This document shows, piece after piece, positions 42,085 through 50,411 of a stretch of 64,000 bases of DNA (position 1 is the first letter of the stretch; each line of letters begins with the position of its first letter). Source of the DNA: Rebecca billardiae RCC1528 (Eukaryota; Protista; Haptophyta); the NCBI GenBank assembly GCA_965240325.2, contig OZ251226.1, positions 2,170,001 to 2,234,000 on the forward strand. The letters run 5' to 3'. The position numbers were made by a program, and so were the translations under genes. Under the pieces are notes generated by a model, which saw only the letters and a list, made by a program, of their open reading frames with translations, ran no database searches and was not told the origin of the DNA.

Positions 42085-42789
42085 TTAATTTTTAATGCGC
42101 AGTCGATTCCACTCTCGGTACAAAATACCACCATCAACGTCCATGAACATGAACGTGTGCGGACGCTCATTTCCGAATATGTAGTGATAGACGCCCATAA
42201 AGTCCACCTTTGACATGGGGATAAGCTCGGAGTGCAGCGCGGTGAGCTCGCGGGAATTGTTCGGACGAAACATGGTAATATTTGAAAAAAGCTTGCGCAC
42301 ATTCAGCGGCACGCTCATATAGCCTTGCGCGATCACGATGATCGAAAGCCGGATATGCCGTCGATTCTGCACCATCTTGGCGTAAGCCTTTTGCAGGTTT
42401 GCGTCGCGCAGGCTGGCCGCGAAATCGTCAATCACCAGCAGCGTTGGACGACCGCCGGCGGCATTCTCCTCGGCGATGTCGATGATTTCGTCCAGGACCG
42501 CGCCATGAAATTCGTTGTACACAAATTCCAGGTCGCGCAGCGGCGATTTGGCGAACGAGTCCATCGAGGTCTGCGGCGCGCACCAGATAACATTCCCAAA
42601 GACGCCTCGGTAGGGGCCAGTGATCAAACCAGCCACCTGACTCGACTTGCCACTGCGTGGCGGACCAAACACGCCCCAGTGGAAGGTCAGGTTGGGCAGT
42701 GGCTCGGGTAGGCCCACCTTTAACGGCTTGTCCGCCGTGATGCGCGGCAGTCTCAGATCGACTTGATTTGCCTCTTCGGCAATCTGCAT
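42085..42789 (-). CDS. A32-like (FtsK-HerA) genome-packaging ATPase
   Basis: Walker A GPPRSGKS, Walker B LLVIDDF, and the RRH...IIVIAQ motif. Confidence 0.93.
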   Translation of the reverse strand: MQIAEEANQVDLRLPRITADKPLKVGLPEPLPNLTFHWGVFGPPRSGKSSQVAGLITGPYRGVFGNVIWCAPQTSMDSFAKSPLRDLEFVYNEFHGAVLDEIIDIAEENAAGGRPTLLVIDDFAASLRDANLQKAYAKMVQNRRHIRLSIIVIAQGYMSVPLNVRKLFSNITMFRPNNSRELTALHSELIPMSKVDFMGVYHYIFGNERPHTFMFMDVDGGILYREWNRLRIKN

Positions 42790-42804
42790 TTTAGATAGAG
42801 CTTT

Positions 42805-43203
42805 CTAGATGTACCTCAGTTTTCTTTGTGGGGGTGCCGCACTCGGCGCTGCCCTCGGCGGCGCCCGCGACGGCGCCCGCGGTGGTGGTGGCGCTCGCGT
42901 AGACTCGATTGGCTGGTCGTCTTCGAGCACCAGCGTGTCCTCGTCGGGCTCCTTCGGCGGCGGCGGCGGGGTCATGCGCTTGATTGGCGGAGGCTCTGGC
43001 ACTGGCACAGTAGCGTTCAACTCGTCGATTTTGACTTGCTCTTGGGCCGCGAGATTGGCGTACCGCTGGGCGTACTCGGTGTACGTGTTTCGCAGCTTGG
43101 CCAAGCGCATCACCTCGGTGGTTTTGATCTGCGCTGCCGTGCGTGCTTTGGGCTGCTTGATCGGCACGGCGAGCGCTGGCGGCGGCGGCGGTGCCTCGTC
43201 CAT
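42805..43203 (-). CDS. PLV proline-rich/coiled-coil hypothetical protein
   Basis: ATAAAATG start, packed 15 bp upstream of the ATPase. Confidence 0.7.
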   Translation of the reverse strand: MDEAPPPPPALAVPIKQPKARTAAQIKTTEVMRLAKLRNTYTEYAQRYANLAAQEQVKIDELNATVPVPEPPPIKRMTPPPPPKEPDEDTLVLEDDQPIESTRAPPPPRAPSRAPPRAAPSAAPPQRKLRYI

Positions 43204-43249
43204 TTTATATCTGTTCTAGAGATAATAGACACTCCATTTTGATCGAAAA

Positions 43250-43483
43250 ATGGATCCCGCCATGTTTGATTTTTCGTGGGAGGCGGCCGCCAGATTCATC
43301 GCGCGCAAGCGGATGGGTCCTGGCTTGGACGATGAGATCATCGACGCAATCATCGACCCAATCGTCGCCCCAAATATCGACGTAAATATCTCCGCCACTG
43401 TCAATGACGACTCACCGGCTTCACCTGCACACGGCTCAGGCGGACCGCTTCCCGCTGGGGCGGACGATGACGAGCGCTGCTGA
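43250..43483 (+). CDS. Small PLV hypothetical protein
   Basis: AAAAATG start. Overlaps the start of the minor capsid gene. Confidence 0.4.
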   Translation: MDPAMFDFSWEAAARFIARKRMGPGLDDEIIDAIIDPIVAPNIDVNISATVNDDSPASPAHGSGGPLPAGADDDERC

Positions 43484-44165
43484 CTTTACGCTGAGCCATC
43501 CCATCATGGCCACCCACGATGAGAGCATCCTCGTCGCCGTCGAGTCGGTAAGCTTCCCGTCGTGCCGTTATGCGGTCGACGGCTCCAACGGCTCGATTGG
43601 TCTCGCCGGGAATTGGGGCGACACCACTATGACGATCCCACCCAAGAATTACACAGCCACTTCGCTCGCCACCGCGCTGGACACGCTCTTTGCAGGCTCG
43701 CCGGTCAACGCCACGCTCACGGTGACCTTCGACGCATCGCGCGGTAAATTCACGTTTGCCAATTCGAGCGCCAACCCAATCACGGTCAAGGGCTCGTCCA
43801 CCGCGACGCGCGTCTTGGGCCTAGCGCAGTCGGATCTCATCGTGCCAGCGACTGGGAGCATCGAGGCGCCTGCCGTGGTCGATCTGATTCCGCGCGGCTA
43901 CCACCTCGTGTGCGAAGGCCTCGACGTAAAGTCGCGCGACTCGACCTTGAACTCAGGCTCGACGAGCAATATTCTCGTCACCATCCAAAATACGGTCGCG
44001 TTCGGCCAAGTCCTCGCGTACCAGAGTCAAACAGACGACCTCCTCGAGACGAACCGCCGCTCAGTACAAAATCTCGATCTGCGCCTCCTCGATTCTGAGA
44101 CGATGACTGAAGTGAATCTCAACGGCGCCGAAATCTCGGTCGTGCTCAAATTTGTCGTTGTGTAA
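43404..44165 (+). CDS. Minor capsid protein (penton)
   Basis: IPPKNYT, GKFTF and C-terminal LDLRLLD...VNLNGAEISVVLKF are typical of polinton/PLV pentons. Lies immediately upstream of the MCP. Confidence 0.8.
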   Translation: MTTHRLHLHTAQADRFPLGRTMTSAADFTLSHPIMATHDESILVAVESVSFPSCRYAVDGSNGSIGLAGNWGDTTMTIPPKNYTATSLATALDTLFAGSPVNATLTVTFDASRGKFTFANSSANPITVKGSSTATRVLGLAQSDLIVPATGSIEAPAVVDLIPRGYHLVCEGLDVKSRDSTLNSGSTSNILVTIQNTVAFGQVLAYQSQTDDLLETNRRSVQNLDLRLLDSETMTEVNLNGAEISVVLKFVVV

Positions 44166-44204
44166 TTTTAAAAAAAATGTCGGAGTCAAACACACACACA
44201 TAAA

Positions 44205-45518
44205 ATGGCGTACGCCGGGCGTTACATGAAGAACGACATTCGCGCGGACGAGGCGATGGTGCTTGAGCAGGAGGAGACAGCACCGATGTATTATGACTTT
44301 GCCAACCCCAAGCCCGTGGCCGTCGGTGCTACGTACAAGCGCACGACCGTCTATGCCGGACCGGCGTCGACATTCTCTCCGGGGCAGGTGGTGCAGTTCG
44401 ATCTGCCTACGGGCACACCAGGCGCTATGATGGATCCAAGTCAGAGCGTCGTTCAATTCACGATTAACAACACCTCTGGCACCTCTCTGACTCTCTCGCA
44501 GAGCGCTTACAGCCTCATCGAGCGCATCGACGCCTATCACGGCTCTCAGATGATCGCCTCGGCGGGCAAGGCGGGCCTGCTGCACAATCTCCTGCTGGAT
44601 TTCCAGTCGGGGCCTTCGTCGTGCTTCTCCACTGCCTCGATGCTCGGCAGCGCCGATTATGATGTAACCGCCGCGACTCTGTCGCAGGCGACGATCAACA
44701 ATGCTCTCAACGTGCCTAAGGGTGCGGTCATCGCGAATGGCGCTTTGCTCACTGTGTGCCTCCCGCTTGTGTACGTGTTCGGTGCGCTCTGCGGCAAGGC
44801 CATCCCCATCTCCGAGCTGCACCAAGGCCTCCGCGTGGACATTCACCTCGCGCAGACGAAGGACTGGGGCGTCTACACGATTGATCCCGGGGCTATGCCA
44901 TCGATCCAGGACGTCAAGATGCAGCTGGGCACGGTGCTGCTCTCGGATTCGGCCTACACCAAGATTGCGCGCAGCCTCGACCACCTCTACGTTCCGTCGA
45001 TGAGCTACCTCCACGCGCAGCACTCAGTATCGCCCAACACCGCGACGAGCTGGCAGCTGCCCTTCCGCCTCGCGAGCGTCAACACGATTATCATCGCCGC
45101 CTATCCGGATGCGAACAGCAATGCTTACGCGGGCGATGTCACGCTGCGCACTCGCGCGGCCATCTCCAAGTGGCAGCTGCGCATTGGCTCGACGCTCGTG
45201 CCAGACCAGCCGGTCAGCGCGACGAATGGCGCTGCCGAGACGCGCGCGGAGCTCGTGCGGGCGTTCAACGCACTTGGCGTCGCCGACTACGCTTCCAAGG
45301 TGAATGGCGCGCGCTTCGCGAACTCAGCTTTTGCCATCGCATTCAACACGTCGGCATTCTCGCAGTCCGACATTCTCTTCGACGGTCGCCGTCTGGACAC
45401 GGAGCACGCCATTTTCGAGGCCGATAGCAACCACGGTGCGCCGTTCACGTGGCATGCCTGGGCGCTGCACGACGTCATGATGGAGGTCGCGCAGAACCAG
45501 CTCCAGTTCGCCGTGTAA
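44205..45518 (+). CDS. Major capsid protein (double jelly-roll, inferred)
   Basis: 437 aa, beta-rich. Motifs FSPGQVVQFDLP...MDPSQSVVQF, SLIERI, LPL, LRVDIHL and WQLRIG...VP. Located beside the penton and ATPase. Confidence 0.85.
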   Translation: MAYAGRYMKNDIRADEAMVLEQEETAPMYYDFANPKPVAVGATYKRTTVYAGPASTFSPGQVVQFDLPTGTPGAMMDPSQSVVQFTINNTSGTSLTLSQSAYSLIERIDAYHGSQMIASAGKAGLLHNLLLDFQSGPSSCFSTASMLGSADYDVTAATLSQATINNALNVPKGAVIANGALLTVCLPLVYVFGALCGKAIPISELHQGLRVDIHLAQTKDWGVYTIDPGAMPSIQDVKMQLGTVLLSDSAYTKIARSLDHLYVPSMSYLHAQHSVSPNTATSWQLPFRLASVNTIIIAAYPDANSNAYAGDVTLRTRAAISKWQLRIGSTLVPDQPVSATNGAAETRAELVRAFNALGVADYASKVNGARFANSAFAIAFNTSAFSQSDILFDGRRLDTEHAIFEADSNHGAPFTWHAWALHDVMMEVAQNQLQFAV

Positions 45519-45550
45519 AAAATAAAAAAATATGATAATTATACACCGAT

Positions 45551-45844
45551 ATGTCATTTCTTGGCAGGCTCACGCGAGGCATTCGCGGTCGGCTCGGCGG
45601 GCTGGCAAACACAGCGCGTCGACTCGGCCGCCCCATCAGCTCAGCGGCGCACCACCTGAAGCCGTGCGTCGACAAAATCGGCGGCGACGTAAACCAATTT
45701 TTGAATGAAATAGACCGCACGGAGGGCCTCGGCGACGTCGCCAGCCCCTACACTGGAGCCGCGCGGCGAGCGGTGAATCGCGGGCGCCAGATCGCCGGAC
45801 GCGCGGACGCGGCCGCCAGCCGGGCGGATCGTTACTTGCGCTAA
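45551..45844 (+). CDS. Small basic protein with N-terminal amphipathic helix
   Basis: MSFLGRLTRGIRGRLGGLANTARRL, directly after the MCP. Confidence 0.7.
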   Translation: MSFLGRLTRGIRGRLGGLANTARRLGRPISSAAHHLKPCVDKIGGDVNQFLNEIDRTEGLGDVASPYTGAARRAVNRGRQIAGRADAAASRADRYLR

Positions 45845-45926
45845 GAATTACCGAGCGCTCAGAATTACCGAGCGCTCAGAATTACCGAGCGCTCAGAATT
45901 ACCGAGCGCTCAGAATTACCGAGCGC
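45844..45926. repeat. 17-bp tandem repeat AGAATTACCGAGCGCTC (about 5 copies) between convergent genes
   Basis: Four full units and one partial unit. Each full unit contains the palindrome GAGCGCTC. Confidence 0.95.
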
Positions 45927-45929
45927 GGA

Positions 45930-46574
45930 TTATCGAGCGCGGTGCTGATTCAAAGCGAACAAAGCTGGGCTCTGTAGAGCGTCCACAAAGCTGGCACGCC
46001 CGAGGGTCTGCCGGCGCCCACCACGCTGCGTAACCGACAGCGCACTCACTATATCACCCGGCGAGCGGGTATCGAATTGGCTTTTCGGCAAAGCCTTTCC
46101 GATATCTTTTAGACCGGCCGCTTTTTGTGACGTGTGAATCTGCGAGGCGCCGCTTTCTTCCGCGAGGTGCCCACCCAGAGAGTGCCCCACCGCAGCGGCG
46201 GGCTGGCCGTATTTGCGCTTGACGATCTCCACCAGCTTGCGCGCGCGCGCGTGGCGTGGGTCCTTGGCGCTCAATCCCAGCGCGATCAGGACGTCCGACA
46301 CGGCCCAGTCGGCGAATGACGCCGAGCCTCGGAAAAGTACGACGGGCCGACCGCTCGCGATGTGCACGGCTACTTTGTCCGCTTCATCCGACAGGCGCTC
46401 ATCAAGTCGGTACCCGCGCTTGGCTAGGTGCGGTCGGGCTGCCGCCTTGCTCATATAGCTTGCCTCGATGAGGAACTTGCGATCTCGGGCGAGCGTAGCG
46501 CCGGCGTCCCAGGCCGCTTTCGCGACGCGCGCTTCGCCTTCGGCGGTTGATACAGTGGGTACGGCTCGCATCAT
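45930..46574 (-). CDS. Lipase-like alpha/beta hydrolase (class 3-like)
   Basis: VLFRGS...DWAVSD, GHSLGG nucleophile elbow, DIVS and a terminal His. Confidence 0.88.
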   Translation of the reverse strand: MMRAVPTVSTAEGEARVAKAAWDAGATLARDRKFLIEASYMSKAAARPHLAKRGYRLDERLSDEADKVAVHIASGRPVVLFRGSASFADWAVSDVLIALGLSAKDPRHARARKLVEIVKRKYGQPAAAVGHSLGGHLAEESGASQIHTSQKAAGLKDIGKALPKSQFDTRSPGDIVSALSVTQRGGRRQTLGRASFVDALQSPALFALNQHRAR

Positions 46575-46615
46575 TATGGTACCGGTACCACTGATTTTTG
46601 GCTCTATGGGACTGT

Positions 46616-48769
46616 CTATGGCGGCGGCGTGAAGAGGTCATAGTCGCTATCTACGTCGGTCTGGGTGAGCGCACCGTCAGTATAGAAGCGCACGGCCGCG
46701 CACTTGAACGGCCCGCCACTTGGGGGCGTGCTCACGTAAATTTCGTTGACGTCGCCCACGGCGGTGGCGCTCATGGCCTCCGCGCCGAGCGACACCTTAT
46801 TCAACCAAGCCTCCATATTCCCTCCGACTGTGTACGACCAGGCAATATGGTACCAGGTGTTCAGCGGCAGCACATCCACGCGATCATACAAGTTGCCTGA
46901 CTGCCCTGTAATATCGAATCCAAACGCGGTGTTGCCCACACCATTCCTGTACAAGTAGAAATGCACGACCTTCGAGCCTGCATTACGCCATTCGAGCTTG
47001 AAGCTGCCCGACACATCATCCACGAAGACCCACGCTGAGAAGCCAAAGGTCGTCATCGTCTGCGTCGGCACCGGTGCAGTCATCACCAGACCGCTACTGA
47101 GATCTGCATAGCCATTGGTGTGCGTTGCGGTCCCAGTCGACACCGTAAAGGCATAGCTACCCACATCGTCGGTCAAATTCGCCGTCATCGGCCAGCTGGC
47201 AAATGGAGCTAGAGCTTGCTCAGGCGTGTACGAATTCATCACCGTCGGCACGTGGATGATACCGCGCGCGATCGACATCGCGTAGAGGCGCACACCTGCG
47301 GGCATGGTGGCAAAGCGGTGCCCAATGATGCTGAGCAGCGGGGTAAAAGTGGCCGGCAGCGCAGCAGTACTCACGAGCACGCCATCGATATATATTTTGG
47401 AGACTGTGCCATCCACCGTTTGCGCAACGTGGTGCCATCCGCCGTGTGCCGGCCCTGCCAAGTCCTGGAACGCTGTCGCGCCGAGCTCCGAGCGCAGCTG
47501 GCCAGCGATGATTTCGAACGTGAAATCGGTGACGCCATCCTCGAGGAGCCACATGCGCACGCTATCTTGATCGTTCGGGCGGTACACCCATGCCGCCAGC
47601 GAGAACCGGTCGCCGCCGAGCATGTCGGGCATCTCGTTGAGGCCCAGGTGCAGCGTGCTAGTACTTTGCATTTCGAGATACCCGCTCGTCATCAAATAAT
47701 CGCCGGCCGTGGGCTGCAGCGCGGCGGCGGCCCCGTCGACCTCGAGCAAATCCCCATCGAGCAGCCACGTGCGTCGAACCACCACACCCCGCCACGACTC
47801 GGCGTGGGTCAGCCGCTCCGACGCGTCCAGCGCGCGCGGCCAGACTCCGAGGTGCGCAGCGGCACCGTATTGGGCGAGACCGATTTTAGTGGGATAAAAC
47901 AGAGAGAGCCGCTTCTCGCCTGCCAAGCTGCGGGTGTGCACTAATGTGTGATCGACGAATATTTGGGTGTTTGCCTCATCTTGTACGAGCGCCACGTGTT
48001 TCCACTGGTCACGGTTGTCCTCGTCGAGCTGGTTGGACGCCGACGTAAATTCGAGCGAGGTCTCGCACATGGTATTTGCGGTCGGGGCTTCGAGGCGGCA
48101 CTCGGCGAAGGCAATCGCGCTACCCTGGCGCACGTAGGAAGTGCCCAGCGCCGGTGGGCCCCTCAAGTAGCAGCACACGGTCAAATTCCCGTCGTGGTGG
48201 CCCGGGTGGTCCACGGTGAGCGTCACCCCATCTGCGGCGGCCTCGATGGCCTCATTACCGAACGCGGTGGTCCCGACCAGAGCCAAGGAGAGCCCCCGGT
48301 CGGCCGTGTCGAGCAAATCAGCATTTAGCGGGAAATTCACGAGCGGATTTTGAAAATAGCTTTGCGTTACGACGCCATTGACGACGGCCCCGTCGAGCGA
48401 GTACACGCCCCGCCCGCTAATCGGAAAGCTCGTGATTGCTTGGCCGTCGAGGAGCACATCAAAGTACGGGTGGATTTCTTCGTCGAACACGCGGTTGACT
48501 CCATCGTGATATTGACGGGTCCACGTGACGCTCAGGGTCGTCGGCGTCAGGGTTGCGCTGGTCACTTTGAAAGCATCACGGTCGCCCGCCAAGCGCAGCG
48601 TCAATTCGCCATCAGGCAAAGCCGGGTCAAAGGTCGCCGACAAGCTGCCTTCACCGGTCATGGTGGTGCGCACGACGCCGGACCACGCCACGGCGCCCGT
48701 CCCGAGCGCCTGGACGGATCCATCAATGGCTGCGGAGGTGCTCGATGAGTCGCCAAAAATCGACGACAT
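46616..48769 (-). CDS. Multi-LamG/concanavalin-A-like domain protein (putative fibre/adhesin)
   Basis: Three repeats: WKHVALV...IFVD, WHHVAQT...IYIDGVL and WYHIAWS...WLN, two preceded by SLAAWV or FSAWV. Confidence 0.8.
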   Translation of the reverse strand: MSSIFGDSSSTSAAIDGSVQALGTGAVAWSGVVRTTMTGEGSLSATFDPALPDGELTLRLAGDRDAFKVTSATLTPTTLSVTWTRQYHDGVNRVFDEEIHPYFDVLLDGQAITSFPISGRGVYSLDGAVVNGVVTQSYFQNPLVNFPLNADLLDTADRGLSLALVGTTAFGNEAIEAAADGVTLTVDHPGHHDGNLTVCCYLRGPPALGTSYVRQGSAIAFAECRLEAPTANTMCETSLEFTSASNQLDEDNRDQWKHVALVQDEANTQIFVDHTLVHTRSLAGEKRLSLFYPTKIGLAQYGAAAHLGVWPRALDASERLTHAESWRGVVVRRTWLLDGDLLEVDGAAAALQPTAGDYLMTSGYLEMQSTSTLHLGLNEMPDMLGGDRFSLAAWVYRPNDQDSVRMWLLEDGVTDFTFEIIAGQLRSELGATAFQDLAGPAHGGWHHVAQTVDGTVSKIYIDGVLVSTAALPATFTPLLSIIGHRFATMPAGVRLYAMSIARGIIHVPTVMNSYTPEQALAPFASWPMTANLTDDVGSYAFTVSTGTATHTNGYADLSSGLVMTAPVPTQTMTTFGFSAWVFVDDVSGSFKLEWRNAGSKVVHFYLYRNGVGNTAFGFDITGQSGNLYDRVDVLPLNTWYHIAWSYTVGGNMEAWLNKVSLGAEAMSATAVGDVNEIYVSTPPSGGPFKCAAVRFYTDGALTQTDVDSDYDLFTPPP

Positions 48770-48801
48770 TAATAAAGGGCCTCTTTAATAAGGCATGAGA
48801 T

Positions 48802-49074
48802 ATGAATCGCCGCCTAAAACGGTCTACGCGCAAAGACAAGCGATTCATGCTGACTTCGCCGGGTGGTCGGACGCTCCACTTTGGCGCGCGTGGCGGGTCG
48901 ACGTACATCGATCATGGCGATCCTGCGAAGAAATCGGCGTGGATCGCTCGCCATCGCCACGATAAGGGCTGGGACGACCCCGAGTCTGGCATCTATTACA
49001 GCCGCCACTTGCTGTGGGGCGACTCCAAGTCGCTCGCTACGAATGAGAGTAAAATCGGAGTAATAATTAGCTAA
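48802..49074 (+). CDS. DUF5754-like small viral protein
   Basis: KRF...LHFG.RG.STYIDH.D..KK..WIARH...YYSRHLLW pattern. Confidence 0.75.
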   Translation: MNRRLKRSTRKDKRFMLTSPGGRTLHFGARGGSTYIDHGDPAKKSAWIARHRHDKGWDDPESGIYYSRHLLWGDSKSLATNESKIGVIIS

Positions 49075-49083
49075 AAAGCCAAG

Positions 49084-49734
49084 ATGAAATCATCGCAATT
49101 CCAAATGGCTATGAAAAACGCCAATTTGCTCAAGCGCACTCCGGAGGGAAAGCCGGCGGCAGGCTTGTACGTGATTGCTCCGGGGTGGGACACTTCTAAC
49201 CGTTTGTTCAAAATGGGGCTCACCGCTAATATTGTGAGTCGAACCTTTAAAGGCTATCGCCATATGATGCCCTACGCCAAGCCCGGGAATTCGTTCAGGT
49301 TAGTCGGGTTTTTGGTCGTGTCTCCGAATTTGGTCTTCCCCGCCGAGAAGCGCCTGCTCGCGCTCACAAACCCCGGCTTTGGCTTCGTCAAGCCGCCGCT
49401 CGATAAGGAGTGGCGCAAAATTTCCGATCCGGCAAAGCTCGAAGAGAACGTCGCCCGGCTACTGACGCGCGCGCGCCGCCCCGTCGATGGAAAATGGTAC
49501 GTGTTCGACAAGGCAGGGAAGGTCGTGCGCCAAGGCGGGCGCGACCCGGACGTCGAGCAAAACAACATCATCCCCGCCGGCGCGAACGTGACCACGCGTT
49601 CGAACGCCAATCGCCGTGCGCAGGTCATCACCGCGCGATTCACGGGCCCTATCACCGGCATTCGCAGCGAGGGTATCCGGTTACTGCGTCCGTCCGCGCG
49701 GCCGTCCGCTCGCAAAAAGAACCCCTCAAAATAG
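49084..49734 (+). CDS. GIY-YIG superfamily (T5orf172-like) nuclease-domain protein
   Basis: GLYVI...FKMGLT.NI..R...Y, with downstream E and KEW. Confidence 0.6.
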   Translation: MKSSQFQMAMKNANLLKRTPEGKPAAGLYVIAPGWDTSNRLFKMGLTANIVSRTFKGYRHMMPYAKPGNSFRLVGFLVVSPNLVFPAEKRLLALTNPGFGFVKPPLDKEWRKISDPAKLEENVARLLTRARRPVDGKWYVFDKAGKVVRQGGRDPDVEQNNIIPAGANVTTRSNANRRAQVITARFTGPITGIRSEGIRLLRPSARPSARKKNPSK

Positions 49735-49840
49735 TATCGAAATAGTATCATGCCGCCAAAGTCTCGGAAGCGCTCCGAGCGAGCACCTTCGAGTGTTTTT
49801 GACCCATCTAAATTGTGTGATGGCGTGGCGCTCAGACCAG

Positions 49841-50353
49841 TCAGTCCTCACCATCAGAATCTGCGAACATCGGTTGATCCGCGGGAGGCGCGCTTGGCGC
49901 GCTTGGCGAAGCTCCGCCTCGCTGACGTGACCACGAGCGCGGCCACAACACGTCCCGAAGGCTTGCGGGCGTAGCCGATTGAGAGATCGGCGCCCGACCC
50001 GGCTCGCCGTACGCCTCGCTGATAGCGACAATTTTGCGGGTAATTTTGAACGATTGTGCCATGCCCGCAGTGGGGCCCTCCACGAAGGGCTCGCTGAGTC
50101 TACCCACGATGCAGTGCTCGTTGAAGAACTTGGCGTCGACCACTTCGATGCCGCCAAAGTGACTCTCAATGGCGGTTATTGATGTCACCGTGAGCGACCC
50201 GGGGCGCGCGCTCGGCTTGGGCGGCTTGGCGACGACGACACGCTCGAGAGCCACCACGCGCTCCTTGAGGCTCTCGAACTCAGTGCGCATCTCGCGGCAA
50301 TCGCGGCAGCGACAATCGTGGCGAGCGGAAACGTCAAAATCGCAGGGGGGCAT
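49841..50353 (-). CDS. PLV hypothetical protein (CxCxxC + coiled coil)
   Basis: AAAACAAATG start; CRCRDC followed by a heptad pattern. Confidence 0.6.
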   Translation of the reverse strand: MPPCDFDVSARHDCRCRDCREMRTEFESLKERVVALERVVVAKPPKPSARPGSLTVTSITAIESHFGGIEVVDAKFFNEHCIVGRLSEPFVEGPTAGMAQSFKITRKIVAISEAYGEPGRAPISQSATPASLRDVLWPRSWSRQRGGASPSAPSAPPADQPMFADSDGED

Positions 50354-50411
50354 TTGTTTTTACTACTACTAGTGCGTGAGAAAATTATTTGAGCTGAGAA
50401 AAACGCGCTAA

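Noticed and set aside
45844-45926. CRISPR-like array
   Set aside because: Pure head-to-tail 17-mer with no spacers.
49750-49974. Small + strand PLV ORF
   Set aside because: Only 74 aa, no motif, and it overlaps the better-supported convergent ORF 49841-50353. It remains possible but unsupported.
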